Positions 22,709 through 36,580 are shown, counted from the stretch's first letter. The stretch: 64,000 nt of DNA from Geosiphon pyriformis uo1 (GCA_016748015.1 JAAOMT010000072.1:1-64000); one strand, 5' to 3'. The notes: generated by a model from the sequence alone, not told the origin. Translations and numbers: made by a program.

Positions 22709-25700
22709 CACACTTGATTCCAACATAGAACAGAACTACTCCAATAATGACACTTGGAAAATTGGTACTGTTAATATTAGAGGGCTTAATAATCCTGGTA
22801 AAGCTGAAGAGGTGCTACATTGGATTATTGAAGAACAATTTGACTTTGTGATTGTTACAGAAACTAAAATGACTCCAACAAAAGAGAAGAGTGTATTTTT
22901 TGGTTTTGATGAATATCATGCCTTTTGGAAATCAAGTACAGAGAAACAAATGGGAACTGGTGTTAGTATACTAATCAAAAAATGTTGGATACACCATGTA
23001 GAAACAATTAAGGAGTTTCATGAGAGATTATTGCATTTGGGGTTGAAATTTAGAGGAAGAGTCAGTGTGCACATAGTAGAACTGTACATGCCTGCTTCCA
23101 AAGTGCCTACTGAGGGAGCAGTAGCTAAAGAAATCAGGAAACTTTTGGTAGACATTGTACAGAACAAAGAGATTATCATAGTTGCAGGCAATTTGAATGA
23201 AGATCTGTCATCCAAGTCACTTGAGGAAACATATGCTGCAAATAAGGCCAAAGCTTGTCCAATTGCTGCAACATTACAACATATGAATTTAGTGGATACA
23301 CATGGAGCATATGCAACAAACAATCCAGAAAAGACATGGGCATCAAATGGTATACAAAGAAGATTGGACTATGTGTTTACTAATGCAGTTACAGCCTCAC
23401 TGGTCACAAACATTGGGGTGTTTGATGTTAATAAATCTTTTAACACAGATCACAAAGCAGTAGTAACAATCATCTGATCTGATAGAATCTTGGCAGGCAC
23501 TAAAAAATCTAGATCTGGAAGGAAGAAGTGTAGCACAACTATGATTAATATTAGAAAAGCATCTGGGATTCAATAGGAGATCTATGCAGATAAAGCACAA
23601 AGAAAATCAATAGATAACAGCAATGATGATCTAAACCAGATGTGGCTTACAATCAAAGAGACTGTGTTATAAGCTGCTGAGTGCCTACTGAAAAGGAAAG
23701 TGGGAGCCCAATCTGCACACACAAAGAAAGAATGCATAGATCACAAGCTTGTTAAGATTGTTGCTGATATAATCAAACTAATAAGAGTAAACAATGCAGA
23801 TATGCATGATAACAATGTTATGCAGTTGTTGGCCAAATGGAAACAGCTGAAACCTAAGGCAGTTAATGCGTATCTGATGACTTTTCCAAATAATAAGCTA
23901 ATCATGGAATTACTTAATATTAAGAAAGAATACAGATCAACACTGCAAGCTAGGATCAGGCTACAACAGCAAAGACAGATAGTGGACAATATTATTAGGA
24001 GACAACAAAACTTTGATCTAAACAAAGGAGCTATGATCAAAAGCATCATGAACAGAAAAAGATAAAGAATTGTACTAGACTATGTAATTGAAGAAGGCGA
24101 ATTTCATGATGATCCTGATGAAATTAAAAAGCTAGTAAACAGAAAAGCCCAAGGGTGGACCAGAACAAGAAGCATTGAGCCTAACCTATGGAAAAGTTGG
24201 GAACACAGATTTAAGCCAATTGAAAGCATTCCAGACCATGCCTTTGATAGTGTAATGAATGAATTAACAAATGAGAAATTTGAACACATATTGAGCCACA
24301 CACCCCATAACAAAGCTCCTGGCCCATCAGGCATTCAAGCTGAACTCTGGAGGAAGGCTGGGCCTAATACCAAGTCTAAACTGAAAACATTGCTCAATGC
24401 TTGCATTAAAGCAGCAAACATGCCTGAAGAGTGGAGAGTAGCACAAGTTATACTGATTCTAAAGCCAAAAAAATGGGGTGGCAATATTGACATCACCAGA
24501 CTGATCACACTCATTGAAAGCACCAGAAAAATCTTAACAAAGATTCTAACTGCTAGGATATCAAAAGCATGTGAACTCCACAATGTCCTAAAAGATTACA
24601 ATACCTCTGTATTAAAGAATACCTTTACAGCAGTGCCTATTCATGTGATTAATGCTGTAGCTGAACATGTAAGAGAATTTGATAAGGAGGCTTGGTTTAC
24701 ATTTCAGGACATGAAAAAGGCATATGATTTAGTGGGATGGAAACCCATGGAAGCTGCACTAAAAAGAATTAAGATGAACAATAGGTTTACTGAGCTGTTT
24801 GGCTTGATGCACAACAATAGAAGCAACAGGATCATAACTGAATTTGGGTTAAGTGATAAATATCAAGTAAAAAATGAACTGGATCAGGGGGAAACAAGCT
24901 CACCCATTATGTCGAGAATTTTCTACGACCTCTTACTGTGCAAAGTAAAACAAGCCAATTATAGTTAGGGATACAAACTGACAGCAGCATGGAAAAAGTG
25001 GGATAATCAATCAGATACACAATCTCTGTTGGTGTCAGTAAATCACCTAGCCTTCGTCAATGACACAGTGTGAATAGCTAACTCAAGACAAGGAATACAA
25101 AGTATTTTGGACACAGCCAGCTCCTTTTTTAGAATAGTGAATATTGAGATCAACTTAGATAAAACTGAGACAATGGTGACCAGACCCTCCAAAGGGAGAT
25201 TTTTGATGGTTGAGCCACTAAAATTTGGTCCAGATAAACAAATCTTGAAATTGTTGGATCCATCTACATGTACCCAATATTTGGGAGTATGGATCAGAAC
25301 AGATGGGAAAAATGAGACTGTTCTAAAAATAATAGGATCTGACATTGAAGCAGTGTGTGCAGTCATCAGGAAAAAACACATAACTGAGAAACAGGCCATT
25401 TACATTTTTAACAGTGTACTCAGTCCAGCTATTGAATTCAGATTTTAGTTGACTTATATTCCTAATAGCTGGGCTAGAAAATGGACTTCAAAGATTTTGG
25501 CCACTGAAGAAAAAAGCAAAACTTTCAGTAGATTTCTCAGCCAGTGCCATGCATTACTCATCCTTGTATAACCTGTTCAAAATTGATGATATACAAGCAA
25601 AAAGCAAGATCACAGATTTGTTAGTTAAATTGAACAGTGCTGATATTGCTGGAATGGCTACAAAAATCAGACTAGCCAACTTGCAGGTACAGAGATGATC

Positions 25701-25899
25701 AGCTCATAGTATACTTGAATATCCCACTAATGAACAATCTAAGCCAGAGGTTAATCTTATAGCAAACATTATACAGATGATGGAAAAAAGAGGCATCTCA
25801 TTCAAGAGCAATGGTAACACACATGGAATACCTGAATCTTTAAGACCACAGACATATTTAATTGAGTCTATCTTACCTTCAAGTGAAACCTATATTAAA

Positions 25900-28329
25900 T
25901 TTTTTTTTTGTTAATGTGTAGCCACACTGATTGTTTATTAGTTAAGTCAACAGTAATGTAACAGTTTCATAAAGCCAGCTCACCCAATATTACAAGAATT
26001 ACAAGATGTGGCTAACCACAGATGAAAAGTCCTAACTACATGCTAGTACTACCTATGCTACCTAGTGTATTAAACATATCTAATTCATACATCTTACCCA
26101 TAATGCTAACAAGCTCATGACTATTCTTAACCATACCACTCATCCACTTAGCAGTTAGATCAGGACTGGATTTGATACTGGATGGCTGATCTTTCCATAA
26201 ATGCATTATAACATCGAATGTGTTATCATAGACAGAGAAATCTTTATCTTCGATATCATCATCATCATCATCATCCATGTCATCATTATCTGACACATCT
26301 TCCAAGCAGGCCCATTCACATTTTTTTTCCAGGCATGTCAATCTTTTCTGCATCACAATAGCAATGGCAGCCAGGCCTTTATTCTGCCCAGCCAATCCAA
26401 CTACACTTTCCTTAATAGACACATCCACAGCAGGTGGAGTAGGCAACAATTTGGTAACTAAAACAACCAGAGCACCAACAGGCTCAACCAAGGATTTTAT
26501 CAGCAAAGATAGTTCACCAAGATGGGATTCCAGAGAAGCCAACCTAGCTTTGACAGCATTATTGATAGCAGAAGGAGCAATAGGCAACATGAGTGTAGTA
26601 GTTGGAAGGAGACCACTGAGATCCAAGTTCATATCAGCAGCAGCAGCAACAGGAGGAACCATGATAGCAGCAGCTTTAGCATAAGATTTGGATCTAGCAA
26701 ATGAGGATTTGAAAACTTTGGGGCCACCAGAGAAGTCAGAAGAGACTTTGGGAGGAAGAGGTGGGGACACCTTGCACTCTAAAGCCAAATGGTCCAGACT
26801 TTGACACCTATAGCAGCAGTGACATTCAGGAGTTTCCCACCAGATGCGACAGCCACATAAGGTACCAGTTTTAGAAACAGCAATGTTCAAAGATTCCAAG
26901 AAATCAAAGGTAACCACAGCAAACCATTGACATTGATAAGAATCAGGGGAGTGGGGAATGAAACATGTATGGCCACCAACTTGGGAGACCAAATCACTTA
27001 TTTCAAATGCAGTACAGCCAAAGAGAAGATTGACCAGCTTAGCTTTGAAGATATCTCTTGAGGAGATAATCTCCTTTTGGTTGGTAATGGGAAGAATCTT
27101 AACACTGTCTTTTCTGACCAAAACAGACCAATAAGAGAGAGCAGTAGCAGCAGAAAAAGTGTCCTTAAAATGAATCACAGCATATTGTCATAAGCCAGCA
27201 GGCTTTAACTTAACAGAAGTGACAACACCAAAATTGCCTAGAGCAGTTTTGATGTCATCAAAAGAGGTACCTAAAGGTACATCACACAGTGCAACTGACA
27301 GAAAGAGAGAAGAAACAGAGGCCACACCAGAAGACCATGCAATCTTAAGAGTGGTCAAAAAATTCCCATTACCAATGGCCACTTTGGTGGCACCAGTTAA
27401 ACTCTCCTGAGATGCAAATTCCACACAGAACAACTTAACAGCATCTTGTGAAACTGACTTAAGCCCAATACAACCAGGCAGCAGCTGAAACAAAGAACAA
27501 AGAAGAGCCATCTTGATCTTGAATGTGGCACCAGGTATTAGATTGGAGGCCACCCAACCAGAGAACCTCTGACAACCATTCACATTTTCCCAAGCACTAC
27601 CATCAGCAGCACCAGAAACTGGGGGAAGGACAGTTGATTCCATTTCCATCTGATCAGCCCAATCTTTGAAATCATCTGGATTGATGGACTGTTTTGCTAC
27701 TGAGATTGGCAATGATCTGCTGGAGAGTACCACATCAGGCAACACAGCCAGTGGTTGATCTTGGCCTATCTTGGGAGATGTGCTGCTGCTGTTGCCATCC
27801 ATATCAGGAAGAGGGCTGGCTGCTGCTGTGGAGATCTTACTGAAGATCTCATCTGGAACCACAAAGGGGTTCAGTGTGACCATAACAGTTGCGACTGCCT
27901 GCTGCTGTTTTTTGGAATTTTTTGCTTTTGTGACCATTTGTGAAGTAGTAATAATAGAAGTAGTAGTCAGAATGGTGAGAGCAGAAAAGACCAACTTGTT
28001 GACTGGTCTGTTATTAAAAATCTTTGGGCTTTTAGAAGTAGTGGAGACAACACTGGGACTAACCCAAGTGTGTCTTTTGGAAGGAACTTTGACTGGAGAA
28101 GAACTACCAGCCAAAGGTGAAGAAAATGAACCAGAAGCCGCTAAAGGCAGCTTTTCACTAATATTTTTTAAAGGAAATGTAGCCAGAACGTTTTGTCTAG
28201 CTGCTTCAATAACAAAGAGACTCTCTCATGTTGAAACTTTATTAGTTACTATAAGAAAAGTAACATTTGCAACTTTTTTACTCTTAGCTCTATTTGTGGT
28301 CATGAAATTTAGGAGAGAAAGAGTTTTTT
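25900..28329 (-). mobile_element. Complete ORF1-only non-LTR element, copy H2 (Half-L1-like)
   Basis: Poly(A) at 25900-25909; TSD GTGAAACCTA(T/C)ATTAAA at 25883-25899 and 28330-28346; single ORF; no RT or endonuclease. Confidence 0.93.
26036..28303 (-). pseudogene. H2 ORF1-like protein, 755 aa, two premature stops and no frameshift
   Basis: ATG 28303 to TAG 26036 is 756 codons; TGA at 28226-28228 and 27188-27190; S/T/P-rich N-terminus, RRM-like domains, CYRCQSLDHLALEC, coiled coil, poly-Asp. Confidence 0.88.
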
Positions 28330-30302
28330 GTGAAACCTACATTAAAGTTAGAAGCTTACTAAGAAAGAAAAACATGTTGTATTTGCATCAGATACAGAAC
28401 AAAGATGAGTCATTGATGACATGGATGAACTTCACAAAGAAGTACAGACAAAACAATAGTGGTAAAATTCCCAGATGGTTTAAGATTTTAGAATCTACAA
28501 TCATTATGGACGAGTACAGAAACATTGATGTAGCACAATGTAAGACATTGGGTATGCACATACTGACTAACCAAATACCAGATGATTTAGAAACAATGGA
28601 AAGAGACACTATTTATATCCATATCCCTGACACTTTACTACCACAATGGAAGTGTGTATGAGAGAAGTTAAGACTCAGAAAAGAAATAGAAATATCAACA
28701 GATGGCTCACTGGTAAGAGCTGGTTCTGAGGAAGCAAGAGAAGCAGCTGCTTTTATAACACATAGGATAGAGGCCGAATTTGGTATAGCAATTGATGAAA
28801 TATTATCATTGACAAAAGCAGAGGCAAAGGCTGTGTTGCTAGCTTTGAAAGCAGTACCTTACAGATGCAAACTAACAATAAACACAGATAGTCAAGCAGT
28901 GATGACAACGGCTCAAAGATGGTTGTCCAAAGATTCTCCTCTGTCTATTAAAAATCAGCTCAAAACTTCAAACTGGCATACATGGAATGCAATCAGAGTG
29001 ATAATAAGGGAAAAGAGGATTGATCTCAACATGAACAAAGTGGCTAACAAACTAGCCAAAAGATCTACTACTCTTGATACAGTGAGGTGGGCCTACAATG
29101 CTAAGGAGACTGCATACATTCCTGTTTGTGGAGAAGTTGAATTGGATCTAAACATCAGGCATTTTCTGAACAAACAGGCTAGTCTTCAATCAGCTTTAGA
29201 CTGGATAGGCAACAACAAAGTCCAAGAGACAATAGGATCTTTAGACCAAGATATAGACTGGATATGCACAACCAAGATTTGGAACTGGGATAAAAAGATG
29301 TCATCTGGCTTCATCTCAGCTGGTTCTTCAGCAATGTGCACATTTATTATGAAATCATTTCACAACATGCTGCCAACAGCAGAGGTGCTATACAACAGAC
29401 ATTTCCATGTATACCTGAATAATCTTTGCAAGACATGTCACAGGGAAGTGGAAACCAACCAGCACTTTTGGGAATGCTCTCTAAATACCCAAGAGGGCAA
29501 GACACTGATTGATGATGTAAAAGATAAGTGGATACAGTGCCTTTCAGAGGCTGTAAAAAGGGGACGTGAAACCCATAATACTGATGAGAAGATTATACTG
29601 TCTAATGAATACATCATGTCAACGTCTAACATAGATCTGCTATGTAAAGGACTAATTAATAAGCAATTTGGAAGGATCAATGCTTTTTCTGACATTGACC
29701 TAAAGACTAGCAATAATATATTAATTAAGGTGTGTAAATGGGCAGTTACTTAAGCAAGGAATAGATTGTGGGGAGAACATTGCAAATTGCAAACTGAATG
29801 AGAAAAAACAATAGGTATTGATAATAGGGTCAAGAGAAATCCAACTGTTGGTTCCAGTATACATAGCACTTCAAGAAATAGTGGTAAAGATAATGGCAAA
29901 CCCATAGTCAAAATAGGTGATGTTTCCACACAGTGTAATGGTATACTGACTAATGTTTTTTGTGGTAGGAGTACTTTGTATAATAGTGTGATACCCCATA
30001 GATTTTTTGGTTATACTAGCATGTAGTTAGGCATAACCACTTAGTGGTTAGCCACATCTTGTAATTTAGATTATTGGGTGAGTTGGCTTTATGAAAAAGT
30101 CATGCTTTTTAAGTGTAGCTAAACTAATAAAAGACCAGTGTGACTACACATTAACAAAAAAAAAAAAAAGGAAAAAATTAGTTACAGAACTTATACTTAT
30201 GCAATCTGATTTGGATTAACTTTTTATCCTCCATACTGATGTATCCAGCTATAGACTTGGTGCTGTTCTCTTCCAAAAAAATAAAAATGACAAGAAACAT
30301 AC

Positions 30303-33300
30303 TGTTACAGTTGAAACTTATACTTCTTATTAATTATCACATGTATTAGCCACTGATGTCATATAAATTAGCCACTCTATTTTTAGTAAGTGATCATTGA
30401 CCTGACCATTGACCTGATCACTGACCTAGTCATTGACCTGATTGTTGACCACTTTTGATAGCTATATAAGCAATGAATCTTTTAACTGTAGAAAAGTATG
30501 AAGAAATGAAGAAATGAAGAAATCAAGAAAATCAAATAAATAAAATAACAACTTTCATCTTAATCCTTCTCTTATTGCTAATTTCTCTTTCTCTACTTTC
30601 AAGTATCTGAACATCTTAAAGATAAAAGATTACTTGTTGGTTATTCCTTATCCTTTTTTTGAAACATGTAATTGCAACATTTGGAGATTATTAAATAAAA
30701 CATGACTGAAGAGCACATCTGATACTTGATATTGAATTTTAAGAGCACTGATGTGAGGCATAAAATTATACCAAGTGTGATCATTTGTTGACAGTATGGA
30801 CTATCCCTCTACTTTCAGATTCCCTGGTTATCTTTAAAAAGTATAGTGACTGAGATATTTTATGAGACTGATCTCGCACATTGAATTCTTACTCATTTAA
30901 TTCACTCTTTGAAGTTGAATTCCCCTTTGATTATTTCCATTACCCTACAATTCTGTTCTTCCTTGCTATCCGTTAGCTTGTTACTCCAACCTGTAACATA
31001 AAAGTGGTGCTTTCTGTGAGGTTGTCAAAATCCACTTTGTTTCCTATTGTATGGGTAATTATTCATACCTGCCACAACAATCAGAAAAACACTTTAAAGC
31101 ACACAACAAAAACAATCTAGACTTTATTGAACTTAATCCTTTGCCCTCCTGCTTGATTTGCTTCTCCATTGAAAAACAATTCAGCAGACAATTTCAAGAC
31201 TTTTGGAACTGGTTCTTGAATGAGCATTCAGCTGAAATCTACACAGCTTATACAATCTATTACTTTGACCAAGCTTATTTTGAAGACAACTTTGAAATAA
31301 GAAACAACAGTATCAATCAGCTTTTATATTCTGCAATCTTTGAACAACAGTCCTCTGATTTTGAATATTTGAATCATCAAATCCACATTTGGATTGCTGC
31401 CCATCAATCAACAGCAACTCCTCTTGAAACAGAAAAAGAAAGCTATCAAACTGCTCCTGTTTTTGATCTCTTTTCAAGTGAATCAGAACACTCCACACAA
31501 ACAGTTACACCTGAACCAATGGCTCAAGACCCTCTGCAACAAAACATTCTGATTGCCCTCCAAGATATACAGACTGCTTTAGGGCGAAGAAACAACACCC
31601 CATTACCATTATTCAGAGGTGATGCCCAAGATCCAATTGAATAGTTGGATGATTTTGAAAGAGCAGCCATAGCAAACCAATATGATAATGAATACAAGTT
31701 CTAAATTGTTGGTGGCTACCTTCAAGGCTCTCCTGCTACTTGGTTCTCACAAAAAACCAATGCCAATGCTCAGCAAAGAATCATTAGATGGGCACTGGCA
31801 AATGCTGGAAAAGATAACACCTCTTTCATTATCCAGTTTGAAACTAAATTTAGGACTCCCATCTTAATCTCAAAATGGCATATAGAATTAGAAAGAAAAA
31901 CTCAAGGTCCTGGTAAGGTTGTGACAGAATATGCCAAAGCAATAAGAAAACTCATTAAATAGGTAGACTCTGGAAGAAATTGGACAGAAGAGCAGAAAAT
32001 ACATTCCTTTACAAAAGGACTGAGAACTGATCTATCATATGCTCTTTGGCCTCTTCTGGCCTTGAAAGATAATCCCACAATGGATATGGCCATTGAACTT
32101 GCTCAGAGAATAGAAGACAATTAAAAGATGCACCTAAGATTCACACTTCCAGTTTTTGCTCCTGCTCCCCAAATGGCTGCTACCTCTTTTACTGTCCAAA
32201 CTCAAGACCCAAATGAACAGTTAATAGATAGACTTACAGCTAATCTTGCCCAGCTATTAGAATCATTGGCCCAAACAGTTAGAGAGAATTAACAACCCCA
32301 AAGACCCAGATTTGAATCCTGTTTTAATCAGCCCTAACAACCACCATATCAAAGACAGCAAAATCGTGGCCCACCTGTGTGCTATTGTTGTGGACTAACT
32401 GGACACTTCTCAAGAGACTGCAACAATCTTCCATTACCCCCTCCAGCTCCTAGAAACAATGACAATCAAAACAACAGAACCATTAACAATAATGTTCCCA
32501 ACCAAAGAACCAATCATGCCAACATCAATTTCTTTGGAGAGGATTCCATAGTTGAAGCCACTGTTTATCAGCCTTTAAACTGGTAGGTGCATCTCCAAAG
32601 GGTGAGAGTGCAAGCCAACCAGAAGAAAACCCCTTTTATGCTTTTAACCTAACTGATGATGATCATAATATGGATGAACTAGCAATCAACACCTCTGAAT
32701 CAACCAGAAAGAAGAAGAAAGCCAAGGTTGATTTTGTCTTGGACCCAAACAAAGCATCCAAATCATCTGCTGATAACAATGAGCCACCAAAGGCTAAGAT
32801 TTTTAAAAATTCTCCAAAATTGGAACCCCCAGAAATTATACAAAAATCTGAACCCTATTCCGTTGTTAAGAATCTCATGGAAACCCCAGCACACATTACA
32901 TTTGGCCAACTGATGACCCATCCACAATTCAGAAAAAATCTTTGCAAATTATTGATACCAAAGAAAAAGACACCAAAGACCAACAAACACCCTCACCAAG
33001 TTGGACTTGCTGATAACAGCAATGTCACCCCTCTGATTTGTAAAGCCCAAGTGGCTGGTTACTTCATTGATCTGATCCTAGACAGTGGATCATCTGTTAG
33101 TGTAATTGCCAAACATTTTCTTGAAGCAATTGGCAGAAAAATTGATGAGCCTTCCACAAGACCAATGACTAATGTACATGGTGACAAGAAGAAAAGCCTG
33201 GGCATAGCCAAAGCTATTCCTGTCTGCATTAATAGTATTAGCATTAAAACAGATATGGAAGTATCTGAAGCAAAAGAGTACATTATCATTGTTGGTAATG

Positions 33301-35308
33301 AATGGCTTAAGAAAGCCAAAGCACTACTTGACTATGAACTTTGTGAACTAACCATCAGATATGGTGAGAAACATTGTGGTTAAATGCTGACATTGGACAA
33401 CTCCTCCAGTACCCAAGCAGAACCAAGAAGAAGAACAATCAGATAAATCAGATAATGATGAGAGCAATGATGAAGAAGATCAAGAAGAACCAGAAGAAAC
33501 TGCTGAACTCGCTTATACCATCTTTACCAGCAATGGCAAGCCATTAGACAATGTTAAAGCTGACAAAGAAGGAATCATGGTAAATGGCAAGCTGATTTGC
33601 TGGCCCTACTATGATATCCTCAGAAGAACCTTTGACAGAAAACCTGGCAAAAAAGCAAAATACAGTTATTGGTGGCATGGTCCTTGGGCATGGTGCTGGT
33701 GTAATAAACTTTTGTATTCACCAAGTGATGAATACAAATCCTGCCTAATCTACTATGAAGATTGGAAACCAATTAGCTTGATACCTCAAGAAAAACTTAA
33801 AGAAGTACAAAACTCTTTTGAGAATGAACCACCTGAAATCCAATCACTAGTTGTAGAACAAAGAGAACCTTCCCCTAAAGAAAGAAAAGTGGACATTGAA
33901 AATCTGTTGGCTAGGAATAGCCCAGTTATCTCAAAAGAAGGTAATGCCCCTGGACAAACCCATGTAATACAACACACCATCACCACCAAAGAAACTCGCC
34001 CCATCTATTTGAAGCCTTATCAATCCAATCAACACAATAATGAGTTTATCAAAAAAGAGATAAACTGGATGAAAGATCTTGGATTCATACAAGAAACCAA
34101 GAGTGAATGGGCTTTCCCAGTTGTAGTGGTATCCAAGAAAGGTGGAACCCTACACTTCTGTGTTGACTACTGCCATCACTATAAGAAACATGTACCTACT
34201 CCCCAAAATTGATGCAATGCTAGATAAATTCAATAGTGCTGCTTTCTTCTCAACCATTGATTTAACTACTGGATTCTGGCAAGTAGAGATGGATCCAGAA
34301 AGCAAAAAGAAAACTGCCTTTATCACCAAGTATGGCACCTATAAATTCACAGTCATGCCTTTTGGTCTCAACACCTAATAGATAAAGTGTTTAAATCAGT
34401 AAAAAAAAACTTTGTTCTGGTTTACTTGGACGACATAATGGTATATTCAAAAACCTGAGATGAACACCTTGAACATTTACAGAAGGTTTTTGACCTGCTC
34501 AGAAATGCTGGCCTTAAGATCAGCCCAATCAAATCTTTCTTTGGATGCCAATCCACCCAATTTTTTGGTCATTTTGTTACAAAAAATGGAATTTTTCCTG
34601 ACCCAGCTAAAGTTGAAAAAGTTCAAAACATTAGACAACCAATGAATGTTCCTGAACTATGCTCTTTCTTTGGTTTGGCCTCTTACTATTGCAAATTTAT
34701 CAAGAATTTCACCAAAATTGCCTTTCCTTTCAATCAGCTACTCAAAAAAAATGTCAATTATCACTGGAGCACTCATCAACAAAAAGCTTTTGAATTTTTG
34801 AAGGAAAAACTTGTTCTTGAACCAATTCTCAAACAACCTAATCTTGACCAACTTTTTATCCTCCACACTGATGTATCTGGTTATGGACTTGGTGCTGTCC
34901 TTTTACAAAAAGATGAAAATGGCAGAAAACATGCCATAGCATATGCCAGTAGATCCCTCATACCAGTAGAAATAAACTATTCAGTTATTGAACAAGAATG
35001 TCTAGCAGTAGTTTGGGCTACCAACTACTGGGATCAATATTTTCTTGGTGCAAAATTCTTAGTGGTAACAGATCATCAAGCCTTGGTTTGGCTGCATAAG
35101 AAAAAGAAGCTAGAACACAAAAAAATAACTCACTGGATACTCCACTTGGATGAATTTGACTATGATATTCAATACTACAAAGGAGCAAATCATCAAAACG
35201 CCAATGCTCTATCTAGACTGACAGTACAACCTCTTAAACCAAACCAACTTAATTATTAGTAACTCCTTCATAAACAAACACAATAATGGACTTAGACAAC
35301 TACTCTGC
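30303..35308 (+). mobile_element. Gypsy family A copy A3, left part (5' LTR 30303-30998, PBS, gag 31051-32586, pol 32574-35259)
   Basis: Colinear with A1; ends at the inversion breakpoint inside MDLDNYSA. Confidence 0.93.
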
Positions 35309-36580
35309 TGGCTTATGGCAATATGCTGTGGTTCATTTCAAAGACACTTTTTTTGCTGCTGCTGCTGCTCTTATTTACTAGTCTGTGCTGGTTAAAAAAA
35401 ACAGTGTTAGGATTCTCTCTGTTGTTAACCAAAATGATGTTATTTCTTCAAGAGATGCTTTTAAGGCTAAGTTGGTTAATCTTCTTTTTGGCTGTACTGC
35501 CTTTGAGATAAGTGATTTGGTCTTCCATATTGGTGGCCATACATGTTTCATTTCTTGCTCCCCTAAATCTTACCAACATTAATGCTTTGTTGTAATTATC
35601 TTTGATTCTTTGGAATCTTTGAATGCTGTTGTGTTAAAAACTGGTACCTTGCGTAGTTGCCACATCTGGTGGGAAACTGCTAGATGTCACTATTGCTACA
35701 GATGTTAAGACTTGACTCATTTGGCTGTGGACTGCAAGAAGTTACCTCCTTTTCCATCCAAACTAATTCCAACACTTCTGGTGGCCCCAAAATTTTCAAA
35801 CTTTCATTTGCTAGATCAAAATTTTATGCCAAAGCTACTGCCTTTGTGGTTCCTTCTGTTGCTGCTGCTGCTAATATGAACTTGGATCTCAGTAGTCCCC
35901 CCAAAACTACAACACCTATGTTGCCTGTTGTCTTTTTTGCTCCCAATATTGTTGTTGAATTTAGGTTAGTGAACTGTCTGTGTTGATAAAATTTTTGGTT
36001 GAACCTGTTGATGCTCTGGTTGTGTTGGTTACCAAATTGCTGTCTACTCTATCTGCTGTGAATGCATCAGTTAAGAAATGTGTGGCTGGGTTGGCTAAGC
36101 AAAATAAAGGCTTGGCTGCTGTTGCTTCCATAATGCAGAAAAAAATAACACATCTTGAGAAAAAATGTGAGTGGATCTGCTTGGAAGACACATCTGATAA
36201 TAATGACATGGTTGATAATAATGACAATGATGATAAAAAATTTTCAGTCTATAATAACACCTTTGATATTATGATGTATCTTTGGGAAGATCAGCCTTCC
36301 AATATCAAATTCAGTCTTAATTAGACTGCTAAGTGGATGAGTGATATGGTTAAGAATAGTCATGAGCTTGTTAGCATTATGGATAAGATATATGAATTAG
36401 ATATGTTTGATATATTAAGTTGCAAAGGTAGTACTAATGTGTAGTTAGGGCTTTTCACTTGTGGTTAGCCATATTTTGTGATTTTGTATTATTGGGTAAG
36501 CTGACTTTATAAAAGTGCCACATTACTGTGGACATAACTAATAAATAACTGGTATAGCTACACATTAACAAAAAAAAAAA
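35309..36580 (+). mobile_element. 3' half of ORF1-only element H3/4 (inside the inversion)
   Basis: Starts at ..GLWQYAVVHF; stop at 36442-36444; conserved 3' tail; poly(A) at 36570-36580. Confidence 0.9.

Larger units (their letters stand above)
22698..30026 (+). pseudogene. LINE ORF2: AP endonuclease, RT, RNase H, C-terminal zinc finger (split by H2)
   Basis: NIRGL, VTETK, RLDYVF, TDHKAV; KAPGPSG, DMKKAYD, QG, FVND, YLGV; TDGS, AEAKA, TDSQ; CKTC..H..C; ends GYTSM*. Confidence 0.92.
19909..30169 (+). mobile_element. Full-length L1-like LINE (ORF1, ORF2, poly(A)), interrupted by a solo LTR and H2
   Basis: TSD GAAAAAATTAGTTACA(A/G)AA at 19890-19908 and 30171-30189; poly(A) at 30156-30169; complete domain set. 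Confidence 0.93.

Noticed and set aside
26036-28303. Host RNA-binding gene or processed pseudogene
   Set aside because: Multicopy, has LINE ORF1 architecture, and shares LINE-specific 5' and 3' termini
27771-28661. Long antisense ORFs over H (also 10703-11395, 9842-10249, 26277-26684, 41406-41693)
   Set aside because: Shadow frames of the codon-biased sense ORF, fused by chance to flanking sequence; no motifs of their own
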